A stretch of DNA of 64,000 bases from Eledone cirrhosa (Eukaryota), in NCBI GenBank assembly GCA_964016885.1, contig OZ024743.1, positions 185,752,001 through 185,816,000 of the forward strand. Reading direction: 5' to 3'. The notes under the pieces were generated by a model. That model searched no databases. It had not been told where the DNA came from and worked only from the letters and a program-made list of their open reading frames with translations. A program made the translations under genes and the position numbers. Every line of letters begins with the position of its first letter. The stretch's first letter is position 1. This document shows, piece by piece, positions 53,490 to 64,000 of the stretch.

Positions 53490-53490
<1 letters not shown>
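53146..53490 (-). mobile_element. SINE with a tRNA-like head and RTE-type tail
   Basis: GGCACATGGCTTAGTGGTTAGAGC..GAGTTCAACTCTC; 3' ~55 nt nearly identical to the RTE end at 51640-51700. Confidence 0.85.
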
Positions 53491-53561
<71 letters not shown>

Positions 53562-53571
53562 AATCTACATA

Positions 53572-53607
<36 letters not shown>

Positions 53608-53617
53608 AATCTACATA

Positions 53618-53656
<39 letters not shown>

Positions 53657-53665
53657 ATCTACATA

Positions 53666-53704
<39 letters not shown>

Positions 53705-53877
53705 ATCTACATATATTTATATATATATATACATATAAATCTACATCTACATATATTTATATATATATATATAAATCTACATACATACATATATACATAC
53801 ATATGTATGTATATAGGTATGCATTTATACATTTGTATATATATACATGCATTTATATTTAAGTGTGTAAGGTTATA

Positions 53878-53918
<41 letters not shown>

Positions 53919-54243
53919 ACAATATATATATTATACACACACACATATATAGATATATATATAGATATATATATATATATATATATATATGCAGTGTGAC
54001 AAGAAGCTTGTTTCCCAACCACATATTTCCGGGTTCAGTCCCACTGCCCGAGCCGACCAAAGCCCTGTGAGTGGATGGAAACTAAAAGAAGCCCATCGTA
54101 TATATGTATATATGTCTGTGTGTGTCTTTGCGTTTGTTTGCCCTCCCACCAATGCTTGTTGGTTTGTTGACGTCCCCGTAACTTAGCAAGGTGATGCTCC
54201 AGCATCGGCGTAGTCCAGAGACAGAAAAAAAGTAAAATATATA

Positions 54244-54281
<38 letters not shown>

Positions 54282-54295
54282 TGTGTGTGTAGAAG

Positions 54296-54699
54296 AGGGG
54301 TCTCAAACTCAAGGACACAAAAGGGCTATTACGTCCTGGAGGAGAGGCACAGTGGGCCAAACGTGATGGTGGGAGAAAATTTTCACCAGTTATAATCATT
54401 TCTACTATAGGAACAAGGCATGAAGTTTTCGGTTTAGGGTTCAGTCGATTGCATCGATCCTAGTACACAACTGGTACTTAATTCATCGACCCCAAAAGGA
54501 TGAAAGGCAAAGTTGAGATCGGCGGAATTTGAACTCAGAACGTAAAAACGGAAGAAGTACCATTAAGGATTTCGCCAGATGTGCTAACGATTCCACCAGC
54601 TTGCCGCCTTATTTTCACCAGTTATAATGCGATATGAAATATTGGTTCTACCACGGGCCACAGATAAGTAGTTCGCGGGCCGCATGTGCGAGCCCCCTG
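54296..54699. mobile_element. hAT-type MITE interrupted by a SINE (54397-54610, minus) with an 18-bp target duplication
   Basis: Ends GAGGGGTCTCAAAC / GTGCGAGCCCCCTG; ATTTTCACCAGTTATAAT at both 54379-54396 and 54611-54628. Confidence 0.7.
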
Positions 54700-55589
54700 T
54701 TGGAGATAAATAGATAGATAGACGTGTACCAAACACACACACATTTCTTACTCTCTCTGTCCCTCCCTCTTTCTCTCTTCTTGTGTGTGTGTGTGTGTGT
54801 GTGGAGCGTTGTTATTTGGCGTCGTTGAAAAGAGCAGTGGCCTTTGACCTGGCAATAAAAAAACTGTAGACAAAATTCTTTCTGTACCCAAACCAAAGCA
54901 CACACACACACACGTTTGTGTGTGTGTATGTATATGTGTGTCTGTGTGTGTGTGCATGCGCATCTATGTGTGTTTGTGTGTATCTATCTATGTATATATA
55001 TATAAGGGATACAAATACTACTTTCTCACTGTCCCCAAGCATCATTCGTTGCTAAGTATTTTATTTTGCTACGAGGTATTTTATTTTGCAAGGTACTATT
55101 TTTCCCCCCGAGTTTGTGATTTCAGAGAAAGGTAAGAAATTCTTCATATTTTACATCTTTTGTATTTTGACTTTACAGTTTGAATTGTAGAATTGTTTAT
55201 CCAATCAAAATATTACAAGAGCTAACAGTGAAATATAGAATTTAAAAAAAAAGCTTTTTCAACTGAAATCAAGTCTTTGAGAACATTCAAGTCTATTTTT
55301 CAAAAATATATAATTTGAAATATTTTGCTTTTGTTTTGGACTGAAACTTTTTTTGTATTTAATTCGAATGGGTATTTTTTAAAGATCTTTTTAAAGATTC
55401 TAACATAACTTGATTTGGCCCTGCGGCATTCATATTTCTCAACTTATAAGTAAGTCCGTACAACAAGCTTCACTTATCAAAACTGTTCTAGATTACGTGA
55501 ATGAATTGCGAAAACTATATAGTACATTAGGGAAATTTAAGCAAGCGTATTTATCACAACATGATTAAGAAAATGAAGTATCGTCACCA

Positions 55590-55870
55590 CGCTCCTTAAC
55601 ACCTGTGTGCCCTACTCGATGGCTAACACGACTTTCTGCAGTCAAACCCCTTGACAATTATTTAGATGTCCCTATTTCTTTACAAGAGGCAACAAATGAG
55701 TTTGGCACCAACATTGCATCCAGAGCTAATGTTATTCTTACGTGTCACTCTCCGGGCCAATGTGTTCTTGGATTGCACGTTGTAGTTCCATTACTTCAAT
55801 TCCTTGAAGGATTGAAGAAATCTTTTCAAAGTACCACCTTCAATCTAGGTAGCATGTTGCTTCTTTGAAC
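55590..55870 (+). pseudogene. hAT transposase fragment (ZMYM1/Tip100-like CPTRW motif)
   Basis: LCPTRWLTRLSAV...LLQFLEGLKKSFQS. Confidence 0.55.
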
Positions 55871-55879
55871 TGTTCGACT

Positions 55880-56594
55880 ATCATTGAGTTTCTTCAAGGA
55901 CGCAACACAGAACTGTATAAAAAAAACCCTCGATGTGAGGCAAGACTGCGCCTACCTCGCCAACATCTTCGACAAATGCAATAGCCTCATTATGGCTTTG
56001 CAGGAGGAGAAGATCACCTTGTTTAAAGCAAGGAATGCTGTGAAAATATTCCTGGCCAAATTGAAAGTCATCGAAAGGAATCTTTGTCGACGGGAATTCT
56101 ATAATTTTCCTAGTGTTGCCAATGTTCAAAACATTGTGAGCGATGACCAACTCCAAATTTATACACGAGAACAACATGACAACATGAGAACGGTTTGTCG
56201 ACCTTTTGCAGATGGACATCCCAATGTGGATAGCAGATCTCTTCATAGCTAACGTCGACGATTTCGACGTTAAATTTCAGGAAGAATTAATTGAACTTCA
56301 GACAGATGACATTATCAAAATTAAATTTTCCAAAATAGGTGAACCCCTTTTTTGGATGCAAGAAGAAATTCAGCGTCGATTTCCACTCCTACATGCAGAG
56401 GCTAAGAGATTTGCTTTGCTTTTTCCTAGCTCATACTTAATCGAGAGGGGTTTGGCGTTGTTTCCAGACTGCATAGTAAGGTTCGCAACTGCTACAATGT
56501 GATTGCACGTGGAGATCTCCGGCTACAGCTCACGAAAATCCAGCCCGACGTCAAAGAGTTAGCTAAACTCCATGAAGCTCAAGGGTCCCATTGA
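55880..56594 (+). pseudogene. hAT Charlie/Buster-type transposase C-terminal remnant (frameshifted)
   Basis: AYLANIFDKCNSLIMALQ..F.AKL, W..D.F, FQEELIELQTD, FW....RFPLL, LLFPSSYLIERG, GDLRLQLTKIQPDV..L...HEAQGSH*. Confidence 0.85.
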
Positions 56595-57326
56595 TACGAG
56601 GTCAAAGTAAGTCGATTTTTTATTTGTAGTTGCAGTCTGACTGGACTGGAAACCATCTACCACAATTCACTTACTCATTTGTTGTATATATTTTACCGTT
56701 TACTAATGAATATACCCTCTTACGAGATCATGAAAACCCTCTTGCGTGGTCACAAAGCGGAGGGGACATCAAGTTAGATATCAACATTTATTCTGTCTGT
56801 TTTATTAAAGGGAAAATTGGAAAGCTTTGAAATAATACAATTGCCACTTTCTTCCAGATAAGAGCACTCTTTGGATAGACAGAGTTGCTCTTGTATAAAT
56901 GTTCAAAATAGTTGGTATCGTCTGGTGGGAATATAACAAATTCAACTGGTCCTTATTCATAAAAAAGAACATTTATGCTCCTTTTTTTGAAATTTATATA
57001 CTTCCTTTCAAGGAATGTATTTATACTTTCAACTGCCTGCAATGGTATCTTTGGAATATCGTTAATCAATTTTTTAGTAATCGACTGATATCAAAATCAG
57101 TAGTATATTGAAAAATGGAAAAATAGGGTAGGGGGCGTTTCGTGATTTTGAGGTGCAAAAGGGGGCGTTTGGCCGAAATGGGTTGAGAACTTTTGGTTTA
57201 GATGAAACAGAGAGTGAGAGAGACCTTTGTTGAAATTTGAAGAAACCAAATATATTCCTTATACCATTGATAAAATGATAGGCTATGTAGTAGTGTATAA
57301 AATAGGACAATTGAAATATAACTCAC

Positions 57327-57385
57327 ACAACACTTCAGTCTTATTTTCATTAAACTTCAGAGCAGAAGCATATGCTCCGCGACCA
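57327..57385 (-). CDS. NPC1: NPC1 small exon (59 bp)
   Basis: TTTTGCAG|T GGT CGC GGA GCA TAT..GTG TTG T|GTGAGT = (G)GRGAYASALKFNENKTEVL(S); phases fit both neighbouring exons. Confidence 0.9.
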
Positions 57386-58377
57386 CTGCAAAATAGAATT
57401 AATTTTAAAATAAATTTTAAATTATAAATTTCATAAAAGACATGAAAAATAATCTAATTTTAAATCATCATCATCATACATCCACTTAACGATGATGATT
57501 TAATATTAGATTATTTTTTATATATAATATACACAAAAAAAATATTAATAAAAATTTCTTTTATTTGCCACAAGGGTTAACAATATTCACAATAAAAACT
57601 AAAAATGATAAGGGCAGTGTCCCAGCATGGCCTCAGCTGGATGGCTGGAACAAGTAAAAGAGTAATGATGATGGCTATGGTAATACTAGTGGACCCATGC
57701 CATCAATAATGCCAACAATAGCATTGAATGTATTTCATTTTTAGAGTCTAGGATTAGTATACCATATATACTAGGATTACTGAATATATGCACAATCATA
57801 GAAACTGGGAAATTTGAATTTTTATAAATTAATAATTAGCAGAAGAGAAACCCTATAGTTTATGTTGATTACTGACATGTGACAAAGATTAAAGGAAAAA
57901 ATGATATTTTAATAATTTATTTCAAGGATATAATTACATAAATGTTTAGCATATATGTACAAATGACATACAGGGACACATATAGAGTGAGAAACCAGGA
58001 CCTTGTGACTGGAATGTACATTCCTTATAGTAGCAACATTGGTGGAGATATATATAAATATACAAAACACATATGGCATATTACTATGGTTGATCTTACA
58101 TTTCCATTACACATTTTGTAATTGATCCAGACTTTATTTTATCAACTTGAGTAGGATGAACGGTATAGCTGATCTTGACTTTAAATGGGAATTATGAAAA
58201 GGATGATTTAGGGTGGTGGGGTGGTAGTTTTTGATAGAGTACTGAATCAATTAAATTGAATGTAACCCAACCCTCAAATTAAGCAAATGTTACAAATATA
58301 GAAATAAATGTAAACAAAAAAAAAAAAAAAAAAAAAAAATCAATTATATTCAACAAGTGTTGAACACATTTTGAATT

Positions 58378-58489
58378 TTTGGAAGTATGTTAGTTTAACG
58401 TGAGCTGCTTCAACATAAGTTTTTAGACTATTTTCATAGTCTAAAAACTTATGTTCAAGCAGCTTATTTTAAGCTAATATACTTCTAAA
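58378..58489. other. Near-perfect 54-bp hairpin with a 4-nt loop
   Basis: 58378-58431 pairs with 58436-58489; on the plus strand there are 5 G-U pairs and 2 mismatches. Confidence 0.85.
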
Positions 58490-59009
58490 GAGAAATAGAT
58501 ATTGTTATACTAGCATGGGTTAGACAAGTTGTCCCATTATGAGACAAGCTAAATCAGATTACTGTGTTTTGCTCATACAGAACTGATTCGGACTTGGTTT
58601 CTATGACTGGATGCCCTTTCTAACGATAACCACATTTACAGTGTGGACAGAACTTTTTGCCGTGACGCCTACACAACCACTTTACAGTGTGTGCTGGGTG
58701 CTTTTTGTCATGGCACCAGATATCTTAAATATTAATAATTAACAATAATTAAACATTAATAATTTAAGAGTGAAAATGTGATAACTCTACTGAAACCACA
58801 TGTATGTTGATGATCATTTTCTCCTTCTCTAGAAAAAATTGGCTAGGCTAAGATTTGGAGAAGGAATATGTTCCACTAGGTTTAAAATGCTCAAGATATG
58901 CTGTATGTCATGAAGGCACCCATACAACTTCAGGAGTTACAGGTCCATACATACACACATGTTGAGAATTGTTACAGAGATATTAGAGAGAACTAAAACT
59001 ACAACTAAC

Positions 59010-59133
59010 CCTTTTGGACAATTCACACTGGGTATAGACTTCAAAAACCAAGGTAAATAAGTCATAAAGTCTTTAGGGTCTGGTCGTTTATCTTGCATTT
59101 TTACTTTACATGGAACGCAATCAGGATCGACGA
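59010..59133 (-). CDS. NPC1: NPC1 exon (124 bp; cysteine-rich luminal domain)
   Basis: VVDPDCVPCKVKMQDKRPDPKDFMTYLPWFLKSIPSVNCPKG; AG/GT boundaries. Confidence 0.95.
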
Positions 59134-59474
59134 CTGAAAATAGAAATAAGATAAATCAATGGAACAACATCTGAATCACGATCAATATAGAATAATTTGG
59201 TGCCTTAAAAAAAACCAACAACTGGGTTTTGACAAAGGAAGTTCAAATGAAAGTAAAATAATGATTCTAACATTGGTAGAAGGCCAGCAATTTGGGGGGA
59301 AGGGAAAAGTCAGTTATACTGACCCCAAAAGTCAGAAGAAGGAAAGGCAAAGTTGACCTTGGTGGGATTTGAACTCAGAATATAGAAAGTTATAACTAAA
59401 AAGTGTCAAGCATTTTGTCTGATGCTCTATCGATACTGCCTATCCATCTCCCTACGTAATATAATAATAATAAT

Positions 59475-59716
59475 TACAACTCATCAAATGTGCATGTATA
59501 GTACATAGAATAATGTACAAATGTCAGGGAAGTGAATAGTGTACGAGTCATGATATACATGTGTGCGTGTGTATGGAGGGGGAGTATTAGGTGTAGTGTT
59601 GGCGAATCTCAGGAAGCATGGAGGTTTTAAAGGATGCAGCGTCTGGACAGCTAACAACTGATGCCGGGAGTTTGTTCCATACTTCAGAAACTCTGAGCGT
59701 GAAAAAAATGTTTCAG
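59475..59716 (-). mobile_element. CR1-like LINE 3' fragment
   Basis: Reverse complement of ~62884-63092 with high similarity. Confidence 0.85.
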
Positions 59717-60308
59717 GATCTGTCTACAAGCTTGTTTTCAAAGCTATTCAATGTCTTTGATCTCATTATTTGGTTTGCCAGTTGGTAAATTGAAGTCATA
59801 GATTTGCCTAATTTGAATACATGCCTGCTACCCTCCCTGGATAAAACAAGAGTAAAAGTATGCATTTATGTATTCATCATCACCATCATCATTTTACATC
59901 AGTTTTTCCATGCTGAGGCTAGAAGAATTGGGAAGACCACATCTTGATTATATGTTCCATTTTTGGCCTCATTTCTACAACTGAGTGCCCTTCTTAATGT
60001 AAACCACTTTACAGAATGTACTAAATGTATTTTATCATGACATTATAGAGGTTGTGGTGACCTCAGCAGGGTGGAATGGCAGTAATAAAAGAGAAGGGGT
60101 GAGAGTATGATGGAAGAACATCAACCCTATCACTCTCAACAATCTACAAGAACTTACAAAGTTCATGACAATCCACTTCTTCCTGATTAAATTATTAATT
60201 ATTTTTTTAATTAGGAAAGTACAATAAGTTTATAAAGTTCAAGACTAGTTATGAAAATTAATAGTATTTATCAAACAACAGAAACAAAAGCAAAGTACAA
60301 TACATTAC

Positions 60309-60430
60309 CATCACCATCACAGAACTTTCCAGTGGATTTATAGTAACGGCAACATGGTTTTTGTGTATTAGGATTAATCCAGTCAAAATAGTCATCAAGC
60401 CAGGAAGATGACGGTTTGGCAATTCGAGTG
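60309..60430 (-). CDS. NPC1: NPC1 exon (122 bp)
   Basis: TRIAKPSSSWLDDYFDWINPNTQKPCCRYYKSTGKFCDGD; AG/GT boundaries. Confidence 0.95.
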
Positions 60431-61633
60431 CTTTGGAAAAAATATTGATAAATAATTCAGAAAGTTTATAATAAAGAGTTCTTATATGATGAGCACCTTT
60501 CCCTGCTATCAAAATATATTGACGTTAAATTATATGTACTCCCAAGCAAGAAGACATATCTATAGCTAAGGCATTTAGCTAATAAATGGTATAGTCACCT
60601 AACTGTAAATAGCTAATGTGATGTAGGGATAATTGTTTAGCCCCAGGTCAGCCTTTAGCAAGAAGACAGACTTATGATTAAAGATACTTAACCATCCTGT
60701 GACTATCATTTCAGTTTTCAGACAATCTTATCTAATTTGTTCTTCCTTTTTTAAGCTGCTAGGATGCGATTTGGCTGATAGTTCTAACAAGTTACACAAC
60801 CACATAATAATTCCTTAGTTGATTTGATTTTTGAGTAGTACAAATTATTGCTATAAGCAGCAGTTATTTAAAACTTAAGTGTTTTAATAAGTTGCAGTCT
60901 GTGTACAGCATCTCCCTTCTGTATGACTTGCAGAAGAAACAATGGGTTCCACTAAGCTTAACCCTGCATATACTACACGGAAATAGCATCTTCAAATAGA
61001 ACCTTTACAAACCAAGGGGTTATGGGACTCACTATTTGAAGCTGTTTTCTTCCACCTCAACATAATTGGATGTGTATAGTATGTATGTGCAAACCTGTAA
61101 CTCTTGAAGGAGTCATAGAGGTGCCGTAATGATATACATGTCTTTGGACATTTTAAACCTGATGGAGACTATCACTCTCCAGGTCTGAACACTACCAATT
61201 TCTCCCACAGAAGGGAGAAAAAGATTGAGAGAGAGACTATTGAGGTCCAGAGGTGTGTTTTCACTGCTCAGCTAAGGTGACACTAAGGTGACACTGACTA
61301 ACAGACTGTTGAAGGCCAGAGGTGTATTTTCACTGCTCAGCTAGGGTGCATTTCATTTTCATTTCAGTTTTTTTAACACATTTTTTAGTTGTTTATTTTT
61401 TTATAATCCAGACTATCTTACCCACTGGACATTGCTTAAATGCCTATATGGCCAGACCACTTCTGACTAAAAGTTACATTTAAACAAACCTGACAAATAG
61501 ATACAAGACATGAACTTTGTTAACATTTTCAACAGATGAATTCATTAAAACTTTAGTTCCATTAACGCAGACAATAATATTTAAAATATTCAAGATAATC
61601 ACATTAAATTTCTAAATATTCAATTTTACTTAC

Positions 61634-61824
61634 TAATTTTTCTGCAAAGAAGCTATAAAAACTTGTCCTTCTAAGGAATCAGAGTTGCAAGCAGTGACTG
61701 CACAAAATTTATTTTGGTTTTTTGCCAATGAATAATCAACCTTGTTTTGAACAACAAAGTAAACTGGAGGTCCTATTGAAAGGTATTCTGATAGGTTATG
61801 GAAATATTGTAGAACATATGAATC
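61634..61824 (-). CDS. NPC1: NPC1 exon (191 bp)
   Basis: DSYVLQYFHNLSEYLSIGPPVYFVVQNKVDYSLAKNQNKFCAVTACNSDSLEGQVFIASLQKNY; AG/GT boundaries. Confidence 0.96.
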
Positions 61825-62324
61825 CTGAAAATTAGAAAGAGATTTTTGTTAAACATATAGACAATAAGAAAAAACAAATTTTGATAGTTTAAAAATGTAG
61901 ACAAATCCTACATATTCTTTCATGTGTATGTGTACATGTGTGTTATGCACTGCGTTCCATTTACGTTTTGCAACAATAATTATATATCCCAACTCCAGTG
62001 TTACTCTTTCTCTGCCCAAACTGTCCACAAAATATTTCATATCACAAGAAAGTAGGTTACCATCATCATCTTCATTTAACGTCTGCTTTTCCTACTAGCA
62101 AGAGTTGGACTCGGTCTTTTTATATGCAATGAGAAATAACTTTTTACATTTCCAGAGGTCAAAAATCTATATCCCCATCACCATCATTTAGTGTCCGTTT
62201 TCTCTGCTAGTAAAGGTTGAATGCTTTATACAAAGAATAAAATAAATAAATAATGAAATAACATTTTCCCCCATAAAGTTAATGTGCAGCTAGAGATCTA
62301 TGTTAAATGTCAAATAAAATAAAG

Positions 62325-63092
62325 CTGTGGACAAGTGTACCACCATGCATTTTGGGAGTAAAAATCCAGCGTCCACATACTCCCTCCACAACACTAATAT
62401 CAAGAAGTCTTGTGAACGAGACCTGGGCATTACGGTCAGCAATGATTTGCGTTGGATGAAGCACATCTCTAAAATTGTCAAGAAGGCCGAGGGTGTCTTA
62501 GCATCACTCAGCAAGACCTTTGTCAGCCACTCTCCGGCTATCTATTTAAAGCTGTATATAGCTATGGTGTGGCCACACTTAGAATTTGCATCACCAGTCT
62601 GGAACCCCTATCTTGCTCAGAACATTGACCGCCTGGAAACTGTTCAGAGACGTGCAGCCAAGCGAATACCCTCCATCAGGCATCTACCATACTCTGAACA
62701 CCTTGCTTCCCTGGGCATGGATACATTGAAGCTCTGATGTCTGGCAACTGACTTGGTAAACACCCACAAAATTACTAACCATCTTGCCAACAACAACCCT
62801 GAGTACCTTTTTGATTTCCATGTGTCTAACACACATGGGCATGCCAACAAAGTCAGAAAACAGCACAGCTCCCATGACTTTCGGAAACATTTTTTCACAC
62901 TCAGAGTTGCTGAAGCATGGAACAAACTACCTGCATCAGTTATTAGCTGTTGAAACACTGCATCCTTTAAAACCTCCATGCTTCCTGAGATTCACCAACA
63001 CTACACCTAATATTCCTCCTCCATACACACGCACACATGTATATCATGACTCATACACTATTCACTTCTGACATTTGTATATTATTCTATCT
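62325..63092 (+). mobile_element. CR1-like LINE 3' fragment
   Basis: DKCTTMHFG..ERDLGITV..PHLEFASPVWNPY..LETVQRRA..KHFFTLRVAEAWNKLP, with stops. Confidence 0.9.
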
Positions 63093-63349
63093 GTCCTTGA
63101 GCACGGAGGAAACAATAATAAATTCTATCTTTCACCCAATGTCAAATATTTTAGGAACAGTGGGGTAGACAATTTCTATCTTTGACCCAAGGTAAAATAT
63201 TTTAGAGAAAATGAGTGTAGATGATTTAATCAACTTTAAAATTTAATTGATATTTATTTTATCCACCCTAGAAAGATGAAAGGTAAAGTCAACTCTAATA
63301 GGATTTTGACTTACTAACAAATACTTTTAACATTTTTGCCACTCTTAAT

Positions 63350-63762
63350 AATTGTTTCTACTTTTGGCACAAGGTCAGCAATTTGAAGGGAAGGAGAAAG
63401 TCGATTCAATCAATCTCAGTGCATTACTGGTACTTTATTTTATCGAACACAAGGATGAAAGGCAAAGATAAACTCAGTGGGACTTGAACTCAGAATGTAA
63501 AAGGCTTTAATTATATGTCACAAAGCATTTTGTCTGGCACTCTAGCAATTCTGCCAAAGAAACATTTCTAATATTGGGATAAGGGCAAAAATTTAATGGT
63601 GGGCTTAGTTGATTAAATTGGTCCCCGAACTTGACAGGTACTATCTTTTATCAACCCTGAAAATATGAAATGCAAAGTTGACTTTGGTGGGATTTGAAAT
63701 GAAAATGAAGGTGCCAGAACATATACTGCAAACATTTTGCCTGATGCTGTAATGATTCCACC
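63350..63762 (-). mobile_element. Two SINE copies of the dominant family
   Basis: CTGGTACTTTATTTTATC..GGATGAAAGGCAAAG..TTGAACTCAGAA core. Confidence 0.75.
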
Positions 63763-63818
63763 ACACAGCAAGACAAAAGACAATGTAATGTAATAAAAAA
63801 TAAACTAGGACACTTTAC

Positions 63819-63908
63819 CTTTGGCATTGACAAACTTTGGTCTAAACCAATATCTACACGCATCATCATGGCACCAGAAATGCAAAACCAGAGGGAAAAC
63901 ACAACAAC
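63819..63908 (-). CDS. NPC1: NPC1 exon (90 bp); the gene continues beyond the window
   Basis: VVVFSLWFCISGAMMMRVDIGLDQSLSMPK; AG/GT boundaries, phase 0. Confidence 0.95.
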
Positions 63909-64000
63909 CTGCAGTAAGATATACAAGAAGCTTATTGCAGACTATATTTTATAACTAACTTAATATAATTATAATATTTTTATATAAAAACATTAAGTTT

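Larger units (their letters stand above)
35102..57195 (+). mobile_element. hAT (Charlie/Buster-like) transposon expanded to ~22 kb by nested insertions
   Basis: GTTTAGAT|TAAAGGTTCTCAAC...GTTGAGAACTTTTG|GTTTAGAT: 14-bp TIR (12/14) and exact 8-bp duplication; transposase remnant near the right end. Confidence 0.7.

Noticed and set aside
57620-57660. GGC CAT GCT on the minus strand as the missing NPC1 GHAAY exon
   Set aside because: It continues as GHAGTLP with no suitable splice sites and resembles a dispersed repeat end; the real exon is 57327-57385.
61420-61470. AG..GTAAG-bounded segment as an extra NPC1 exon
   Set aside because: No similarity to NPC1, and the flanking exons join in frame without it.

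Overview
AT-rich eukaryotic DNA, most likely an octopus/coleoid cephalopod genome (inferred from the repeat landscape). Two convergent host genes are present: a complete 3-coding-exon MFSD4/NaGLT1-like MFS transporter (+, 11561-14278) and the last 10 coding exons of an NPC1 orthologue (-, 63908 to 23259). One NPC1 intron is 23.4 kb (33900-57326). Nearly all of it appears to be one hAT transposon (TIRs plus an exact 8-bp GTTTAGAT duplication, 35102-57195) swollen by nested insertions. These include a fold-back element with a hammerhead-like core, a ~16-kb AAATCTACATAC(AT)n minisatellite region, a near-intact two-ORF LINE, a truncated sister copy, an RTE, SINEs and a MITE. The LINE has an unusual ORF1 (Myb/SANT-like, polyQ, two CCCH fingers) and an AUG-less ORF2 with in-phase -1 slippery heptamers. 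Near the left end, a ~1.3-kb non-coding element carries two type I hammerhead ribozyme motifs on the minus strand, one with the compensatory U3-A8 core. The rest is SINEs, RTE/CR1/R4-like LINE fragments, Helitron-like elements, MITEs and tandem repeats. Everything was read by eye; no searches or folding programs were run.
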